Below, piece by piece: positions 1 through 12,850 of a stretch of 64,000 nt of DNA. Position numbers and translations under genes: made by a program. The notes beneath the pieces were generated by a model. It was not told the DNA's origin. It did not search any database and was given only the letters and a program-made list of their open reading frames with translations. The stretch comes from Octopus sinensis (Eukaryota): assembly GCF_006345805.1 (NCBI RefSeq), contig NW_021834221.1:1-64000 (forward strand), read 5' to 3'. Every line of letters begins with the position of its first letter. Position 1 is the stretch's first letter.

Positions 1-13
1 TCAATATCGCCGT

Positions 14-49
<36 letters not shown>

Positions 50-211
50 TGTAATTCTTGGTCATCGTCATCTCAAATCGTCGTCATCATCAGCCAACGT
101 CATCATCATCATCGTCGTCATCATCAGCCAACGTCATCGTCATCTTCATCATCACCGCCACCACTACTACCGCCGCCAACGCCGCCGTCTGCTAGCTTCA
201 TCAGTATTATT

Positions 212-438
212 TATTTCTTTACTACCCACAAGGGGCTAAACATAGAGAGGACAAACAAGGACAGACAAACGGTTTAAGTCGATTACATCGACCCCAGTGC
301 GTAACTGGTACTTATTTAATCGATCCCCGAAAGGATGAAAGGCAAAGTCGACCTCGGCGGAATTTGAACTCAACTCAGAACGACAGACGAAATACGGCTA
401 TGCATTTCGCCCGGCGTGCTAACGTTTCTGCCAGCTCG
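212..438 (-). mobile_element. SINE family B (tRNA-like head), monomer
   Basis: Reverse complement of the GAGCTGGCAGAAACGTTAGCACGCCGGGCGAAAT...GAGTTCAAATTCCGCCGAGGTCGACTTTGCCTTTCATCCTTTCGGGG...GTAAAGAAATA unit that recurs many times in the window. Confidence 0.85.
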
Positions 439-616
439 ATTATTAAAAGCTGGTAGCATGGCGATGCTAGTGAAGAGCACCCCCGGTTCGAGATGGATCC
501 AGAAAGAGACAGATGTCACCCCACTGGTCTATTCGAAATGAGCACAAACGCAACGGATTCTTACTGCACTCCTTGGTACAGTTTCTGAAGATTTGAGAAT
601 ATATATATATATATAT

Positions 617-703
<87 letters not shown>

Positions 704-1260
704 TACGTACATACGTACATTCATACACACACACACATATATATATATGTATGTATTTGTAAATCACGTGTGAAAAAAATTCTGGAGGGAGATACGAATT
801 CACTTGTCTATATAAATGTGGATATGCTGATTAGCTTCTGTATGCTCCGATGTCGCCTGGTCGGAAATATGGAGGGTAAGATTTCCTAGCATTTCTAGAT
901 TTATGTACCAGAATTTTATGTTGATGAAAGAAATGAATCTTTGATTCTAATCCAGAAACGTACGTCCATAATTGACCGTGGACTCTTTGATTTCGTTATT
1001 TTTCTTCTTTTTTTGCCACATAGTAAGTTGCAAATACTGTTGTCTGTAGAGACATATTTTTGTAGTAAAAGAAATAAAAGTCCTCTGGTTGCTATTTCTA
1101 ATACTTTCGGTATGTGGTCTAGCAACTTGTTGCAAAGACCCTCTTTGTTATAATTATATAAACTTTTACCGAATATGGTCCTTTTCCATACCGAAACACT
1201 ACTTGGTGAAATTTGTTGATTTTATTAAATTAATTATATTTCACCCTTTATCTGTATATT

Positions 1261-1600
1261 ACTCTTTTACTTGTTTCAGTCATTTGACTGGGGCCATGCT
1301 GGAGCACCGCCTTTAATATGTATTTTTTATTTTATTTTTTTATTTTTATTTTATCTTTTTCTATCTAGTTTCAGCTCACGAGCTGTGGCCATGCTGGGGC
1401 ATGTATGTATATTCCTTTATTCTTTCATTCTGTTTTTTTTTTGTTTCGGCCATTTGACTGCGGCCACGCTGGAGTACCGCAATTAGTCGAACAAATCGAT
1501 CCCAGGACCTATTCTTTGTAAGCCCAGTACTTATTCTCTGTTTTTTTTTGCCAAACCGCTAAGTTAATGGGACATAAACATACCAGCATTGGTTGTCAAG
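1261..1600 (-). mobile_element. Cluster of 3' tails: SINE A tail (1261-1315), CR1/L2-like LINE tail (1365-1401), partial SINE A (1440-1600)
   Basis: Matches to the SINE A tail (GTTTCAGTCATTTGACTG..CCATGCTGGAGCACCGCC) and to the LINE 3' end at 14245-14290 (CTAGTTTCAGCT..GAGCTGTGGCCATGCTGGG). Confidence 0.75.
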
Positions 1601-1959
1601 GGACTCATGACTACTACTGCGGTGACTACTGACTCAAACCCCATCTGTCGAGCTCCCTCTATCTTCCCTCATACCTTTCTACATACCTCAGTAATCTCCC
1701 TCCAACGCCAACCTATGAATTAACATCAATGAATGTGCGTATGCATGTGTACACACACCACACACACACACATATATATATATATAATCTATACATATAC
1801 CTAAACTTTAAATATATATATATATATATATATATATACTGTTTATACATATATACATACATACATACATACAATCATACATACATACATTCAAAAAAAG
1901 GCATAGATATGTGTATACATTAATATATGTATTATTACATGTATAGGCATACAATGTAA

Positions 1960-1996
1960 ATCTACATATATATATATATTATATATATATATATAT

Positions 1997-2048
<52 letters not shown>

Positions 2049-2101
2049 CAGAGAGAGAGACAGAGAGAGAGAGAGAGCGAGAGAGATAGATAGATAGATA
2101 A

Positions 2102-2141
<40 letters not shown>

Positions 2142-2170
2142 GTAGGTAGGTAGATAGATAGGTAGATAGG

Positions 2171-2249
<79 letters not shown>

Positions 2250-2278
2250 GTAGGTAGGTAGATAGATAGGTAGATAGG

Positions 2279-2364
<86 letters not shown>

Positions 2365-2365
2365 T
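1960..2365. repeat. Compound microsatellite (TA)n-(GA)n-(GATA)n
   Basis: Seen directly. Similar GATA tracts lie at 620-700, 9470-9700, 16555-16735 and 23950-24200. Confidence 0.95.
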
Positions 2366-2998
2366 GCCTGTTCTAATTAAATTAACTTGAATACTCTTAT
2401 ATATATGCAGAGACAGCTACTTACAAAACGTGACAACATCTGAACTAGTGTCAAACGAGATCTAAATATTATAAATAATATATATTATATATATTTTCCC
2501 TTCATTCACATTGTCATTTTTCATATATATTTATGACCATTTAGAATTCCATTTACTATCTTGTAGATTCTCTTCAAAAATATTTCATGTTTCATTAATT
2601 CCATTAACGAAAAGTCGGACAGAAAATGAGAGCGAAGAGAGAGCGGCTTTATTCCTTTAATAATTTAAAATAAAGCTAGCAGGGGGCTATAACAGGCATC
2701 AAAATGGAGCCCCTATTGAGACTACATTTGCTTTACATTTCCGTAGTATTTCTATATTTAGTTTTCTATTTTCTTTGATAATTGGAACAGATTTAGAGAT
2801 TTCCTTTTGTTTGTAAGATATAACCAACAACTGGCATATCGGTGAAGTCTCCCGATACGTATGAAACATAGATGGACACATATTCCTCATTAGAAACAAA
2901 TTGATGACTTTATATATAACGGCAAACATATGTGAGCGTATATGAAGGTGAGAGAGTGAGAGAAACAGAGAGAGAGAGAGAGAGAGTGAGAGAGAGAG

Positions 2999-3062
<64 letters not shown>

Positions 3063-3431
3063 TGTGTTTGTGCAAGCGTGCGTGTGTTACGTTTTCATTC
3101 TAAAGCAGTTTTGGAAGCAATAGAAGAGAGAAATATATTTTGAAGAACAATTTGAATTAGAATTCACAAATTATGCCCATACATACATACATACATACAT
3201 ACACACATACATACACACACATACATACAGACAGACATATATACATGCATACATACATACATACACGCACATACATATATACACACACATACATAATACA
3301 TACGTACATAATACATAATACATACATACATACATATATACATACATACATACATACATACATACATACATACATACATACATACATACATACATACATA
3401 CATACATTATATACGTATATACCTATGTATA

Positions 3432-3545
3432 TTATTGTTCAGTTTTATTTCAAGATTTCTTGCCAACAGGGAAAGAGCCAGTATCGAACCTAGATCCGAG
3501 GTTCATTCACTGGAATTTCAACATCAAAAACAAGGTATTTTTGTT
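3432..3545. repeat. Unclassified dispersed repeat followed by (TATG)n
   Basis: TTCAAGATTTCTTG..A..GAAAGA..C.GT..C.AACC.AGATCC.AGG...ATTTCAACATCAA has a second diverged copy at 17788-17900. Confidence 0.6.
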
Positions 3546-3563
3546 TGTATATCTGTCTGTAGG

Positions 3564-3594
<31 letters not shown>

Positions 3595-3599
3595 CATTC

Positions 3600-3889
3600 A
3601 AGTGGCTGAGCACTCCACAGACACGCGAACCCTTAACGTAGTTCTCGGGGTGATTCAGCGTGACACAGAGTGTGACAAGGCTGGCCCTTTGAAATACAGG
3701 TAGAACAGAAACAGAAAGAAAGAGTGAGAGGGAGAAAGCTGTGGTGAAAAAGTACAGAAGGGTTCGCCACAACCCCACTACCGGAGATCGTGGAGCTTTA
3801 GGTGTTTTCGTTCAATAAACACTCACAACGCCCGTTCTGGGAATCGAAACTAGGATCCCAAGATCGCGAACCCGCAGCCCTAACCCACT
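3600..3889 (-). mobile_element. SINE family D, diverged and partial
   Basis: Homologous to the full-length copy at 40694-41081. Confidence 0.8.
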
Positions 3890-4087
3890 ATACATATATA
3901 TAAATATATGTGTGTGAGTGTGTGCGAGTGTTTGTGTGTGTGAGTGTGTGTGTATGCACTATAACAAAAAGGAGAAATATATTATTGTGGATACTCATTT
4001 TATTTGTATCATAATATGAAAATACAAAATAGTTTAATACCAATAAAATTTCAATGCGCATAATATAGCGTAAAATAAAATACAATA

Positions 4088-4531
4088 GGCGCAGGAGTGG
4101 CTGTGTGGTAAGTAGCTTGCTAACCAGCCACATGGTTCCGGGTTCACTCCCACTGCGTGGCATCTTGGGCAAGTGTCTTCTGCTATAGCCCCGGGCCGAC
4201 CAATGCCTTGTGAGTAGATTTGGTAGACGGAAACTGAAAGAAGCCCGTCGTATATGTGTATGTATATATAAGTGTGTGTGTATATGTTTGTGTGTCTGTG
4301 TTTGTCCCCCTAGCATTGCTTGACAACTGATGCTGGTGTATTTACGTCCCCGTCACTTAGCGGTTCGGCAAAAGAGACTGATAGAATAAGTACTGGGCTT
4401 ACAAAAAATAAGTCCCGGGGTCGATTTGCTCGACTAAAGGCGGTGCTCCAGCATGGCCGCAGTCAAATGACTGAAACAAGTAAAAGAGTAAAAGAGTAAA
4501 GAGTAAAGAGTAAAGAGTAAGGAGTAAAGAG
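4088..4531 (+). mobile_element. SINE family A, full length
   Basis: tRNA-like head GGCGCAGGAGTGGCTGTGTGGTAAG (A box)...GGTTCACTCCC (B box), then CTTGGGCAAGT, an internal TA/TG microsatellite, a LINE-like tail and (GAGTAAAA)n. About 20 copies or fragments occur in the window. Confidence 0.9.
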
Positions 4532-4844
4532 TATGCATAATTACACATGTTTCAATGGTGACTATGTGCACAGTGCTCGAAATATTCGAACCATGTTGAT
4601 AGTTTTGTAAGTAAAAAAATAACAGCAAATATTTTAATAATTATATACATAATTATAACAGGAGATTGGATATTGGCCTCTCCACGCGCTAGAAATGGAA
4701 GCTAAAAGTTGTGAATTTATGCTACGGTGTAACGTTGCTTAAGATTGCAGTAGATATAGATTTTTTGCTTTAAGATCGAAACGGGCTCTTGTACCCGTTT
4801 AACCCGAAGTATAATTCATTGTCTTTCTTTTGCTCGACTACCGT

Positions 4845-5167
4845 GAAGGCGCGTGGCTTAGTGGTTAGCGCATTCGGATCACGATTGTAAGGTCGTGAGT
4901 TCAATTTCCGGTGACGCGTTGTGTCCTTGAGCACGACACTTTATTTCACGTTGCTCCAGTCTACGCAGCTGGCAAAGATGAGTTGCACCTGTATTTCAAA
5001 GGGCCAGTCTTTTCACACTCTGTGTCACGCTTAATTTCCCTAAGAACTACGTTAGGGGTACAAATGTCTGAGAATTGCTCAGCCATTTCCACGTTAATTT
5101 CACGAGTAAGCTGTTTTGTTGATCGTATAAGCTGGGCCCGTCGTCATCGTAACCGACGGAGTGCTCC
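4845..5167 (+). mobile_element. SINE family C (tRNA-like head; 3' half shared with family D)
   Basis: GGCGCGTGGCTTAGTGGTTAG...GAGTTCAATTTCC head. The 3' half (CACACTCTGTGTCACGCT...CCGACGGAGTGC) is homologous to SINE D. Second copy at 63601-63905. Confidence 0.8.
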
Positions 5168-5184
5168 TTCTTTTAAACATATGT

Positions 5185-5226
<42 letters not shown>

Positions 5227-6424
5227 TATATATATATAAAGTCGACCTCGGCGGAATTTGAACTCAGAACGTAAAGAAAGACGAAATACCGCTAAGCATT
5301 TCGCCCGGGTTGCTAACGTTTCGGCCTGGCAAGCCATCGTGAGTTTGCGATACATTGTAGTTAATCTTTGCTTCGATATAGTGTCGTTGAAGAACCAGTA
5401 ATAAAATGAATATTAACACACACACACATACACATAAATAAATAAATACATCTGCGTGTGTTTGTGTGTCTGTGTATGCGTGTGTGTGTGTGTGCAAAGG
5501 AAGGAGAGAAAATGGATGAAAGGATGATGAAAAACAAGAACTGTACTATTCCCACACATATTTAATGAAACAAAATTTCCAGTGCTTGTAGTCACTCGGT
5601 TTCACCTACACAAAGCATATTACATAATTAAAAGTTATTAATCATACCGAACATATTGAAATACTTCCTCTGCGCTCCTTGTCACCTAAATTTTGCAGTA
5701 CATTAGAAATGGAAAATTTCAATCTCCTTAACTACACTCCATCGAGCGTAATTCATTATGGCTGCCATGTTTTTACTGTGTTAGATGACAAATAATTTGA
5801 CGTAGTAACGAATTGTTTGAATTGTATATTCATGGATAAATGTTCGAGATTATTTAATTGATACTCTTGTCTTAATGTAGCAATTTACTGAATAAATAAA
5901 TAAATAAATCAGTTTTGGAAATGGATTCTACTGCTCATATCAAAAATATAAGTAATAAACATTGGGTGGTGAATAATCCCATTGGATCGGAAAATTTCAA
6001 GGCTTTCCGCCGAATTTTTTCTACTTAAAAACTTTTTGGTAAACAAATATATATATATATATATATGCTGTTACTAATTGAATTATATATACTTCGCGTC
6101 ATTTGGAAAAAAAAATCGTATCACATCAATAAAATGGATGAATTTTATTTGATTAAAATTATAGAATTTGTAAAAGTTTAAGAAGTTAGATCTTCCTTCA
6201 AAGAATAACAATGGAAACGACTCTTTGACTTACCTTATTTCCAATTGATTGATGTCATGTTGCAGTAGCAGGTCTAATCCTCATTAAGTATGATGCCAAC
6301 GTCGATCATATTCCAATCTTATTAATCCTCATCACCAAAGTTATGCGTATGGCGCCAACTAATCGGCAATAAAATTACCAATGTTAGTATACATATATAC
6401 ACACACACATACACACACACACAA

Positions 6425-6461
<37 letters not shown>

Positions 6462-6660
6462 ATTTTTTTATATATGATATATGGACAATTAAGGTGGTTT
6501 TAGAGTCAGATCATGGCTGCTATTTTCAGCATGGTGGTATCTCGTAGATACGCTAATTTATAATTTTAATAATTATTAACTTTGAACGTTATCTTTTCCA
6601 TACTGACCACTTGATAAAATTATTATTTTATTTTTTAAATTAACGATCTTATCCTTGAAT

Positions 6661-6703
<43 letters not shown>

Positions 6704-7013
6704 ACGCTCCGCAAAATCCCAAATTCTATTTATTTGCTTTGCTTTGCGGGAGCAACTGTTTTATTGAAAGTGTATCTTGTTTTAAATGTTCGAAATACGA
6801 GACTAGAAAAACAGCCAACAACTGATGAAGGGTAGTTCTTTATGTTGTTTGTTTTTGTTTTCTATTTTGGTCTTTGGTTGTTCCAGAGAATAATTCATGT
6901 TCCATGTACTCGTGCTTTTTTGTTGTACACGTTTAGTGACGTCCTGTGCCCACATATGCATATATATATATATATAATATGTATAGGTGTATTTACATAT
7001 ACGTATGTATATA

Positions 7014-7065
<52 letters not shown>

Positions 7066-7117
7066 GTGTAGGAAGAAATGGAGCTGAACGAAGATTTAAC
7101 AAAATTCCTTTTTAATT

Positions 7118-7203
7118 ATTTTCTACATATGTTTCAAAGCTGCAAAGTCCCTAATTCGGATTGAATAAGGAGACCATTTTGGCAGCCTTCTCTTCAGGAA
7201 AAT
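7118..7203 (-). ncRNA. Type I hammerhead ribozyme motif (left arm)
   Basis: Minus strand reads ATTTTC-CTGAAGA-long stem II-GAAA-CATATG-TA-GAAAAT. Stem II has two 1-nt indels relative to the right-arm copy. Confidence 0.7.
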
Positions 7204-7546
7204 CCAGGAACTTAATTCTCCAACAAAATGCACATCAAACTTTTCGACAAACGCTCGCGAGGAGCCCATGGGATAAATGGCACAAAACTGTCTCTCAATA
7301 TGCGTTGACGCCAGGCTGGGTGAAAGCCGACAGAATACATTCTCACTCTTTGATTTTCCTGTAACCCTCCCCCCTGTTAGCCGGATTTTGACCTTGATTT
7401 ATCTCAACGGACTTTTTCGTCGGCTTTCACCCAGCCTGGCGTCAACGCATATTGAGAGACAGTTTTGTGCCATTTATCCCATGGGCTCCTCGCGAGCGTT
7501 TGTCGAAAAGCTTGCTGCACATTTGTTTGGAGAATTAAGTTCCTGG

Positions 7547-7632
7547 ATTTTCCTGAAGAGAAGGCTGCAAAATGGTCTCCTTATTCAATCCGAATTAGGG
7601 ACTTTGCAGCCTTTGAAACATATGTAGAAAAT
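7547..7632 (+). ncRNA. Type I hammerhead ribozyme motif (right arm)
   Basis: Stem I ATTTTC/GAAAAT; core CTGAAGA (7553-7559); stem II G-AAGGCTGCAAA...TTTGCAGCCTT-T; GAAA (7615-7618); palindromic stem III ACATATGT; GUA cleavage triplet (7624-7626). Confidence 0.8.
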
Positions 7633-7836
7633 AATAAAAAGGAATTTTGTTAAATCTTCGTTCAGCTCCATTTCTTCCTACACTAAATATATAAACTTCA
7701 AATTTCCGCACTAAGGCACGGGTTTGAGACCCCATGGTCGTAACCTCAACCGTGATTTTTCTGTTGTGACTTTTGCTACCCAGGTATCGGTTATCTTTGA
7801 ATAATCCGTAACAAGATAATTCACTTATCCATTTCA

Positions 7837-7901
<65 letters not shown>

Positions 7902-7904
7902 TGT

Positions 7905-8128
7905 TTTGTGTTTGTGTGTCTGTGTTTGTCACCCTAGCATTGCTTAACAACCGATGCTGGTGTGTTTACATCCCCGTCACTTAGCGGTTCGGCAAAAAGA
8001 GACCGATAGAATAAGTACTGGGCTTACAAAGAATAAGTCCCGGGGTCGATTTGCTCGACTAAAGGCGGTGCTCCAGCATGGCCGCAGTCAAATGACTGAA
8101 ACAAGTAAAAGAGTAAAAGAGTAAGAGT
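7905..8128 (+). mobile_element. SINE A, 3' half
   Basis: Matches the 3' half of 4088-4531. Confidence 0.85.
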
Positions 8129-8293
8129 ATACAAGCATACATACACGGGGCGCAAAAGTAGGTATACAGTAAGTGTCACATGAATTTTATAATAATTGCA
8201 GCGTGGACCTGATCACTGATAAAATCCCGTGCAGCATGGAATTTTGTCACTGATCAGGTGACGGTTTCAAAGAGACGAAAATATTCTGGCAAA

Positions 8294-8691
8294 TCTTTAT
8301 ATATAAAAGTGAGGTTGTGTGCTGGCTGTCTCCTACGATTTGGATTCCTAACTACTCCCACATTTTGCGGTGCAGTTTCACCAAAACCGGCTATCTTATA
8401 GTCGTGATTCATATCGAGCCCTTCTGGGTATTAGCGCGCGTCTACGATGAGTCTACGATTTTTAAAAAAAAGTTACCATCAATTTTTCCCATTTTTAATG
8501 CATTTTTGGCATATATAAGGGAAGTAACTCTCTAAAAATTTATTATTAAATCTCAGAACGTGAAAAGCTACAGTAACCCCCCCCCCTTTGTGGTTAGCCA
8601 TATTGAGATGGCTATTATACTTTACATCTCTAAAAATGCTTATATAGTTATTTCCCTTACAAACCCGAGCAACGCCGGGCGATACTGCTAG
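8294..8691 (+). mobile_element. Non-autonomous Helitron, family 1
   Basis: 5' TC, 3' hairpin CCCGAGCAACGCCGGG followed by CTAG, inserted between A and T with no TSD. Close copy at 25895-26712. Confidence 0.8.
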
Positions 8692-9219
8692 TTAGATTTA
8701 AATGTTGAAGTGAATCTAACGGATTTTGTGTATTTCTTAAATGGCTTATAAACACCTTCCACGCTGCAATTGTTTTTTCGTTCCAGCACACGATCTCAGA
8801 TCAGGTCACTTGCTAAGCAAGTACATCTCCGTAGTTATAATTAATTCATTAAAATTATTAGCACAATAAATTATAATCTTGCCTCAATATCTGTTCACCT
8901 TGATCCTTCTCATAGTCAGTATTTACCCTGCAAATTTGATCCCTCGAAAAGACATCGGAGTTTAAGTTCGAATACTTTGAGCGCTAGAATACTTTGAGTG
9001 CAGAGTCATTGATCATAACAAGTACATTTTTCATAACTAAAATAATACTTTTATCTTAACCTTTAATTTGTTTGATAAAAATAAATGAGTATTGTACGTG
9101 TTTTCTTTTTCCTATAAAGTTATACCTACTTTTAATACAAATATATACAAATATATATGAATATATACGGCCACTATGTTTAGAAATTATATCGATCTTT
9201 TATATTCATATATGTGTGC

Positions 9220-9263
<44 letters not shown>

Positions 9264-9470
9264 AGGGGAAGCGTATCTATCTCTCTATATATGTATGTAT
9301 ACATGTATGCGTGTCTGTGTGTGTGTGAGTGTATACATCCATTTAACATTGCATGTGGGAGATGTAGGACTGGAGATCCACTTCTGTATCAGCTACCGAA
9401 AGATAGATTGATTCATACATACATACATAGACAGACAGACTGAGAGAGAGACACAAGCAGATAGACAACC

Positions 9471-9583
<113 letters not shown>

Positions 9584-9594
9584 TAGATAGATAG

Positions 9595-9681
<87 letters not shown>

Positions 9682-10060
9682 GTAGATAGATAGATAGATA
9701 GGTCTTCCTTTTTGAAGCCCAGTCGTTCTGCTAGAGATTATGTAACCAACTTCGTCCGACTCGGTACTTAACACTTGCTTCTATCTTCGTCCGTTGACGA
9801 ATGAAATGTTGCATCGACTGTGACAGCACTGCATTCCGAAAGCCCTAAACGAACCCATATAGACACGAGAAATAATTTGAGTTGAAGGAGTCACCTTTAC
9901 TCTCCAAAGACTAGCTTGGTCTTATGTAATTATGTGTCTTGTAAAGTTTCTATTTAGTGTTGCTTTACATGTGAGACGTGAAAGTAAGCGAATAAACTAA
10001 AACTTTGTATTTCCGAAATCTTTGGATTATATAAGAAAGATAAAAGCAATATAGACAGAT

Positions 10061-10922
10061 ATTCTTTTCTACTCTAGACATCTGGTGCTTAATTTATCGA
10101 CCCCGAAAGTATAAAAGGCAAAGTCGACATCGGTGGAATGTGAACTCAGAACGTAAACACAGACGAAATACTGCTAAAGTTTCTGCCAGCTAGCCGCAGG
10201 CACAAGGCACTAAATTTTGAAGGAGGGAGACAGTCGATTAGATCGTCCCCAGTGCGTAACTGGTACTTAATTTATCGATCCCGAAAGGATGAAAGGCAAA
10301 GTCAACCTCGGCGGAATTTGAACTCAGAACGTAACGGCTGACGAAATACCTGTTTCGTTATTACCCACAAGGTGCTAAACATGGAGGGGACAAACGAGGA
10401 CAGACAAACGGATTAAGTCGATTGCATCGACCCCATGCGTAAATGGTACTTACTTAATCGACCCCGAAAGGATGAAAGGCAAAGTCGACATCGGTAGAAT
10501 TTGAACTCAGTACGTAACGGCGGACGAAATACCGCTAAGCATTTTGCCTGGCGAGCTAACGTTTCTTATTTCTTTACTGACCACAAGGAGCTAAACGTAG
10601 AGGGGACAAACAAGGACAGACAAAGGGATTAAGTCGATTACATCGACCCCAGTGTACCAGTTACTCAGAAAGTAACGGCAGACGAAATACCTATTTCTTT
10701 ATTACCCACAAGGGGCTAAACACAGAGGGGACAAACAAGGACAGACATAGGTATTAAGTCGATTACATCGACCCCAGTGCGTAACTGGTACTTAATTTAT
10801 CGACCCCGAAAGGATGAAAGGCAAAGTCGACCTCGGCGGAATTTGAACTCACAACGTAACGCAGACGAAATACCGCTAAGCATTTCGCCCGGCGTGCTAA
10901 CGATTCTGCCAGCTCGCCGCCT
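10061..10922 (-). mobile_element. SINE B tandem array of several partial and complete units
   Basis: Repeated CGACCCCGAAAGGATGAAAGGCAAAGTCGAC units; a complete head ends at about 10922. Confidence 0.85.
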
Positions 10923-11053
10923 TAAATATAGACGGATACGTTTTTTTTTTCAGTCAATGTGCGCGCATAGAGACGCACAAAGGCACACAAACAATTACAC
11001 GCATACACACACACGGACAGTGTGAACTTCTCATTATCATTTCCTGAGATTAA

Positions 11054-11665
11054 GGTCACGAGCTGGCAGAATAGTTACCACGTCTAGCAAAATGTTTAGT
11101 GTTCTGAGTTCAAATTCCGCGGAGGTCGACTTTGCCTTTCATCTTTTCAGGATCGATGAAATAAATACCAGTTAGTCACTGGGGTCGATGTAATCAATTT
11201 GTCCTCTCCCACAAAATTTCGGGCTTTGTGCCTATAGTAGAAATGTTTATGTCTTGAGAATAAGGTGGAGAACTGGCAGAACCGTTAGCACGCCGGGCGA
11301 AATGCTTAGCAGTATTACGTCTGGCGCAACGTTGTCAGTTCAAATTCCGCTGAGGTCGACTTTGCCCTTCATCCTTTCGGGGTCGATAAATAAGTACCAG
11401 TTACGCATTGGGGTCGATATAGTCGACTTAACCCGTTTGGCTGTCCTTGTTTGTCTCCTCTGTGTTTAGCCCCTTGTGGTTAGTAAAGAAATAGGTATTT
11501 CGTCTGTCTTTACGTTCTGGGTTCAAATTCCGTGAGGTTGACTTTGCCTTTCATTATTTCGCACTGGTGTCGATATAATCGACTTAATCCGCTTATCTGT
11601 CCTTGTTTGTCCCCTCTGTGTGTAGCCCCTTGCGGGTAGTAAAGAAATAGGTATTTCGTCCGTCC
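11054..11665 (+). mobile_element. SINE B copies, head-to-head with the previous array
   Basis: Plus-strand GAGCTGGCAGAA...GTTCAAATTCCGC..AGGTCGACTTTGCC units. Confidence 0.8.
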
Positions 11666-11804
11666 GAAGATGCCCAAGATGGCCAGCAATGGGACTAAAA
11701 CCGACTTGGATAACAACTACCAGAACTAGGAGTAACTACACTAGACATAAACATACATAACGGTGCTACTATATGCGTCCGCGCGTGATGTTTCTTTGCT
11801 TTAT

Positions 11805-12211
11805 TTTACTCTTTACTCTTTTACTTGTTTCAGTCATTTGACTGCGGCCATGCTGGAGCACCGCCTTTAGTCGAGCAACTCGACCCCGGGACTTATTCTT
11901 TTGTAAGCCCAGTACTTATTCTATCGGTCTCTTTTGCCGAACCGCTAAGTAACGGGGACATAAACACACCAGCATCGGTTGTCAAGCAATGCTAGGGGGA
12001 CATACACAGACACACACACACACACACGCATATATATAAACATATATACGACAGCTTCTTTCAGTTTCCGTCTACCAAATCCACTCACAAGACTTTGGTC
12101 GGCCCGAGGCTATAACAGAAGACACTCACCCAAGGTGCCACGCAGTGGGACTGAACCCGGAACCATGTGGTTGGTAAACAAGCTACTTACCACACAGCCA
12201 CTCCTGCGCCT
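11805..12211 (-). mobile_element. SINE A, full length
   Basis: Reverse complement of 4088-4531. Confidence 0.9.
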
Positions 12212-12727
12212 ATTTATTTTATTTTATTTTATTGTTTTTTGTATGTGCTTAATTTTTACTGCTAGTGTGCATTGAAGAATTCAAAATATAAGACGAGATA
12301 ACTCTGCAAAACAAAACCAAGATATTCTTTGCCAAAACCTGGCCAAACATTGAATGACATGAGAAGCGAAAAACTCTCTTTACTTACTGTCAGATGTGAG
12401 TGACGTGATTCCAGTATCCAAAATATATTTCCTAAACAAACTTTCACCCATTCACATATACATACGCACCTAGGCAAACAACACACACATACAAACACAC
12501 ACAGATAGACACACACATATACGTGGGCGCGTGTGTGTGTGTGTATAATATGTATTTATTTTTGGGAGTGCATGGTTCTTATTCATATATTCTTAATGTT
12601 CTTATCGTATTTACCGATTCTCTTGTTTTGATATGGATATCATGAATGTTTGACAGAAGAAAATATTATGTGCAAGAAAAACAACTTTATTCACCCAAAG
12701 TAAGAATGTATACTAAAGCTTTTATAG

Positions 12728-12850
12728 GTGAATGTATGTATAGTAAATGTATGTATAGTAAATGAATGTATGTATGAATGTATGTATAGTAAATGAATGT
12801 ATGTATAGTAAATGAATGTATGTATGTGAATGTATGTATAGTAAATGTAT
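12728..12850. repeat. Minisatellite of about ATGAATGTATGTATAGTAA, ~5 degenerate units
   Basis: Seen directly. Confidence 0.75.

Larger units (their letters stand above)
7061..7688. mobile_element. Foldback element with ~270-bp inverted arms (7061-7331, 7419-7688) and an 87-bp spacer; probable PLE inverted pseudo-LTR cassette
   Basis: The arms are reverse complements with about 10 differences by eye. Each arm holds a hammerhead motif. The left arm abuts (TA)n, and another (TA)n tract starts ~150 bp past the right arm. Confidence 0.85.

Noticed and set aside
820-885. Possible exon ending at an AGG|GTAAG splice donor
   Set aside because: No convincing acceptor site or recognisable peptide.
6790-6850. 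CTGATGAAGGG in a TA-flanked cassette
   Set aside because: No downstream stem II or GAAA could be paired. It may belong to a PLE-like cassette but is not supportable as an HHR.
7161-7653. ORFs within the foldback element
   Set aside because: They are short with no recognisable motifs; the structure is better explained as non-coding RNA or a repeat.
11979-12275. Recurrent peptide RRHLPKMPRSGTEPGTMWLVSKLLTTQPLLRL in many ORFs, resembling a gene family
   Set aside because: It is the antisense translation of the SINE A head.
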